Shown here: positions 60,306 through 64,000 of the stretch, piece after piece
How positions within the stretch are numbered: position 1 is the stretch's first letter
Layout of the letters: every line of letters starts with the position of its first letter
DNA from: Isurus oxyrinchus
Taxonomy: Eukaryota
Assembly: GCA_026770705.1 (NCBI GenBank)
Contig: JANJGN010000002.1
Location: 236,964,001-237,028,000 of the forward strand
Direction of reading: 5' to 3'
Length of the DNA: 64,000 nt
The notes under the pieces: generated by a model
Database searches by the model: none
Told to the model about the DNA's origin: nothing
Seen by the model: the letters and a program-made list of their open reading frames with translations, nothing else
Translations under genes and position numbers: made by a program

Positions 60306-62114
60306 CTACTCGGGTTTGTTGATACCTGTCTCGTTCGAATGTTACCTAATGCCACATGCAGTAACTTTCACCTCACTTCTGGAATTCAGTTATTCCAATA
60401 TATTTGGGGAACGGCTGCATTGAGCTATGGAGCCGGGTGGTCCTACTGGAACACAAATGAACTTTGATGAGCGGGTGCTTTCTCAGTATGTTCCACCTGA
60501 GGGCTCTGTCCACGACTCTTTCCATCATTTTGCTGATGTTTCACAGGAGACTGATGCGGTTGTAATTGCTCGCGTGGGATCTGTCTCTTTGTGTATGTGT
60601 ATGGCAGGGCACACCTCGGCAATTTTCACAATGTCGGATATAACTCTGATGTAGATGTACAGGCACAACTTGGTTAGGTGCACGGCTGCTTGTGGTGCAC
60701 ATGTCCTCAACACTTAAATCTGATGACACCCTGTCCCATATTCCTCGCTGTGTTAGCAAATCTATTTTCATGCTTTCTAATTGCAGCCCCGTTCTTTTTT
60801 AGACCTCCTCTGTACTTTCTATATTCAGCGCAAGTCTCTACCAGATAATGATCATTATGATTGTCATCAGCTTCTTTTTTTCTGTTCCATTTTCATCCCT
60901 ATATCCTCAGTCCGAGAAGCTCTAGCTGCCCTTGTGTTTTGTTTCCCCTTAATGGGAATCTGTCAATTCTGAATAAAAACAGCTTCCGTAAAAAGGTTTC
61001 TTGCTGATCTGTGTTCATTTGCCCACCAGATTTGAAGCCCGTAGGCCTGGGCCAGATCCATTTTCAAATTACGCATGTAAGGCCTTCTGCAATTAATTGT
61101 TGTTATGTTTGATTGGACCTTGCCCTTTTCCATAACTATTCGAATTCTGATTATGTTAAAATGAATGACCCAAAATATTCTTTCAATGAAATATGCTCCA
61201 GACCGGAGATCTCTTCCTTAGATCCCTGATCCAGTACTGCTTTCTTCCTCAATGGGTTCGCAACACACTGAAGAAAGTTCTCCAGCACACAGTCCATGAA
61301 TTCCACCCCTTCTTTGCCTTTCACACTGACATGATTCCAGACTGAATTACGATAATAGCAATTTCCCGATTGCCACTACCCTCTAGTACCTGCAAGTTTA
61401 GTCGAGTTTCCTGTTATATTGCTCCCCTGCCCTCTTTCCTGATATTTGGTGGCCGAAGTAGTTTATTCCTGTACCGAAATACATCCTAAATACTTAGTCT
61501 TTATTTTTTGTTCCTCAACTAAATCGTTCCTCTCCTGTAATGCAATGGATTATTTAATCAATATTGTTACATTAGCCTGTTTAACTTCCATGTTTCTACT
61601 GAAAACAATGTAGCCAGGAATATTAATTTCCCATTCCTTAAAACAAGCCTCTACTATAGCAAGTACATAGCCATCCAATGTGGTAACATGCACTGAAAGG
61701 TGACCCAATTTATCGAAACTATTCACATTCACTCCGACCATTCCTAGACCGCTTCATCTTCGACGGCTGTAAAATCCCTCCTACTTCTGAAGCAGTTTAC
61801 TGCCGTGCTATTTCACTCCCCCAATTTACTTTGCAATTTCTTTCCCCTCCCGAATATTTCATCCTGGTTCCAACACGCCTGGTAAATTACTTTAAAGCCC
61901 TCGCTTCCAACAAGTACTTTAATCTCAGTGCTGTTGAGTTCCAAAACAGTCAGGTTAAGTCGGTCTCTACGGCTCCAGAATTTGACCAGGGCGAATGAGC
62001 ACACTGCACCATTCGTGCAGTTGTTTGTTTTATGTTATTTGTATTATCCTCTGTAGTGTATGGAACTGGGAAACAACCAGGGTCAGCTCCCTTTGTGGTG
62101 CTGTTTTTTGATAT

Positions 62115-62166
62115 CCCCCACCCCCATACCCCCCCTCGCCCCCCCCACCACCCCCCCCCCCCCCCG

Positions 62167-62203
<37 letters not shown>

Positions 62204-62208
62204 ACCCC
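62115..62208. repeat. Poly-C/low-complexity tract (~94 nt)
   Basis: Direct reading of the sequence. Confidence 0.9.
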
Positions 62209-63634
62209 GGGCTCATGAAACTTTAACTAAATCCTTAAACCTTTTCCCTTCCATTGTCATTGACTCTCAAGTGGCCAAGTGTTTCTGACTGTTCACTATC
62301 AGCACCCTCTTACTGACATAATTTACCCTGCCATTAGTGTACTAACGCACCATGCTAGACTCATGCAGACGTTTTTGGAAACATCATCTACCCGCTGCTG
62401 AGACGATTCCGCATCCCAACTGAATTTCTGTATTGTTCTGACTCACTATGTACTAATTTTCCTTGTGTGCCTGGAATGTGTTCTAAGCTGTATTTCCCTA
62501 AGATTCGTCAACCTCATGTGTATTCACCGCCCGAAACCACGCCTTTGGAGAAATCCACTGCTGCCTGCCTCTCCCTACCATCGCGAATGACCACCCAGTT
62601 ACGGTCCTTCTGTAGTCTCTGGAACTGCCTCTTGGAACGTTTCGTCCCCGTATTTCACAGTGTCCCTACGTGCAGCAGAGACTTTAACGGTTCTTAAAGC
62701 TCAGAAACCCTGAGTTTTAGTTTTGGGGGAGACATTTTCCGGACTTATACTTGTCCAGGCCAGCAGAGTGCCCTAGAGTTCCCACATCATGCAATAATTG
62801 CAGGCAACGGGTCTCAGCTGTACCATGCTTTTACTTATAATCCTCTTTATGTCTAATTGAATACACCGATGACTTATATATGTAAAAGTTTTTGCAGTAT
62901 CCTCTCGGCTCATGTTTTCTTAGCTGCGGTTATAAAGACAGCTGTGAGTCTGGAAATTCCTGTTTGTTTATGAATAGAGTAACCGAGCTTTACCCAATTA
63001 TCTGAGCTGTTTGTCTAACTGTTGCCAGGGCAGTTGTTTTTCAGAACACCTTTGATGAATGCCTAAGGCACAATCGAACACGAAGATCTTTCTGATGCGC
63101 TGCCTGCAGCAGCAATACAAGCTCAATTGAGCAGATGCTGGCTGCTGAGCAGCGGGTTGAGTTGCAGTGCAAAGTGTTATCTGATTTATGCGTAGGCTTT
63201 GAATAACAGTACAACATAAAAGTACGAATTTAAAAACTCTTCAGCAAACCGCAAGCAGTCTCATTTTACAAGAAAATGGAGCTGAAAAGGTTAAACAGTA
63301 TTTAAATCTGTGTCATAAATGATGTTCCTAGAACGCCTTCCATTTACATAGAGAATTTAAAGTAGTATAAGGCCCCAAGGCACTTTAGACAGCGTGTTCC
63401 AATGCAGCACGTAGGAGACTTGGGCATGGGTATTTAGACTGTGGCGAAAGCAAAATGCCAACAGGATATATCACTACTTCGAGAACTGACTCTTCTATTT
63501 ATTCTGGGTTCAAAAAGTCATGGGCCCAAACTGAGACATTTTTATAGAATCACATAATCATACAGCAGAGGAGGAGCAGTGTGGCCTATCATGCCTCTGC
63601 CAGCTCTCCGGAAAAGTTACTGATTAGGCCTAAA

Positions 63635-63870
63635 ATCAAAGCAAAATGCTGTGGATGCTCGAGGTATGAAATAAAAACAGGAAATCCTGAAAAAAACTCT
63701 GCAGGTCTGGCAAAATCTGTGGGGAGAAAAAGAGACTTAAGGTTTCAAATCCATTATGACTGTCTTCCGAAGAAGAATCATGTTGGACTCAAAACGTGAA
63801 CTTTGTTCATGTCTCTGTGGATGCTGACAGACCTGCGGCATTTTCCCAGCATTTCCTGTTTTCATTACTG
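63635..63870. repeat. Short palindromic element (same family as 36355-36870)
   Basis: aaaacaggaaatcctg…gcaggtctggca versus tgctgacagacctgc…cagcatttcctgtttt. Confidence 0.7.
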
Positions 63871-64000
63871 TTTAGGTCCATTGTCCTACTCCTTCCAAAC
63901 AGATTAATAATGATTTTCTTTGTAAATCATATACAATTCCCGCTTGACTGTAAGCAATGAGTCTGATTTTATCATGTTTGCATTCGAGATCATGACAACT

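Noticed and set aside
61950-62226. Poly-Gly / poly-Pro ORFs
   Set aside because: Translations of the poly-C tract.
1-64000. Prokaryotic systems (CRISPR, retron or defence RT, operons)
   Set aside because: No spacer-repeat arrays or long ORFs; all RT motifs belong to broken vertebrate LINE/LTR elements.

Overview
Eukaryotic, repeat-rich vertebrate DNA. The repeat set (CR1, ZfL3/CR1-4-type and L2 LINEs, SacSINE1-like DeuSINEs, palindromic elements) is typical of a cartilaginous fish (shark/ray; inferred, species not determined). No prokaryotic features are present. By hand I assembled a complete minus-strand gene of at least 14 exons (ATG 52793 to TGA 14866; 3000 nt CDS, 999 aa, all introns phase 1 and GT-AG). 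It encodes a type I membrane receptor: signal peptide, 8 group-B SRCR domains (one per exon), a TM helix and a three-exon cytoplasmic tail with VYEEV, KLQYYTG and EYDDV motifs, i.e. a CD163/WC1/SCART-family receptor rather than DMBT1. A second tandem paralog starts at 6306 (minus strand) and runs off the left edge. About 1-11.4 kb is a diverged collinear copy of about 47.1-63.2 kb, including promoter and distal non-coding blocks with TATA, ISRE-like and NF-kB-like motifs. The rest is decayed LINE/SINE/Gypsy sequence, including a ~500-bp palindromic element. Exon boundaries were read from splice consensus and frame only. Repeat boundaries are approximate, and family names come from recalled motifs, not database searches.
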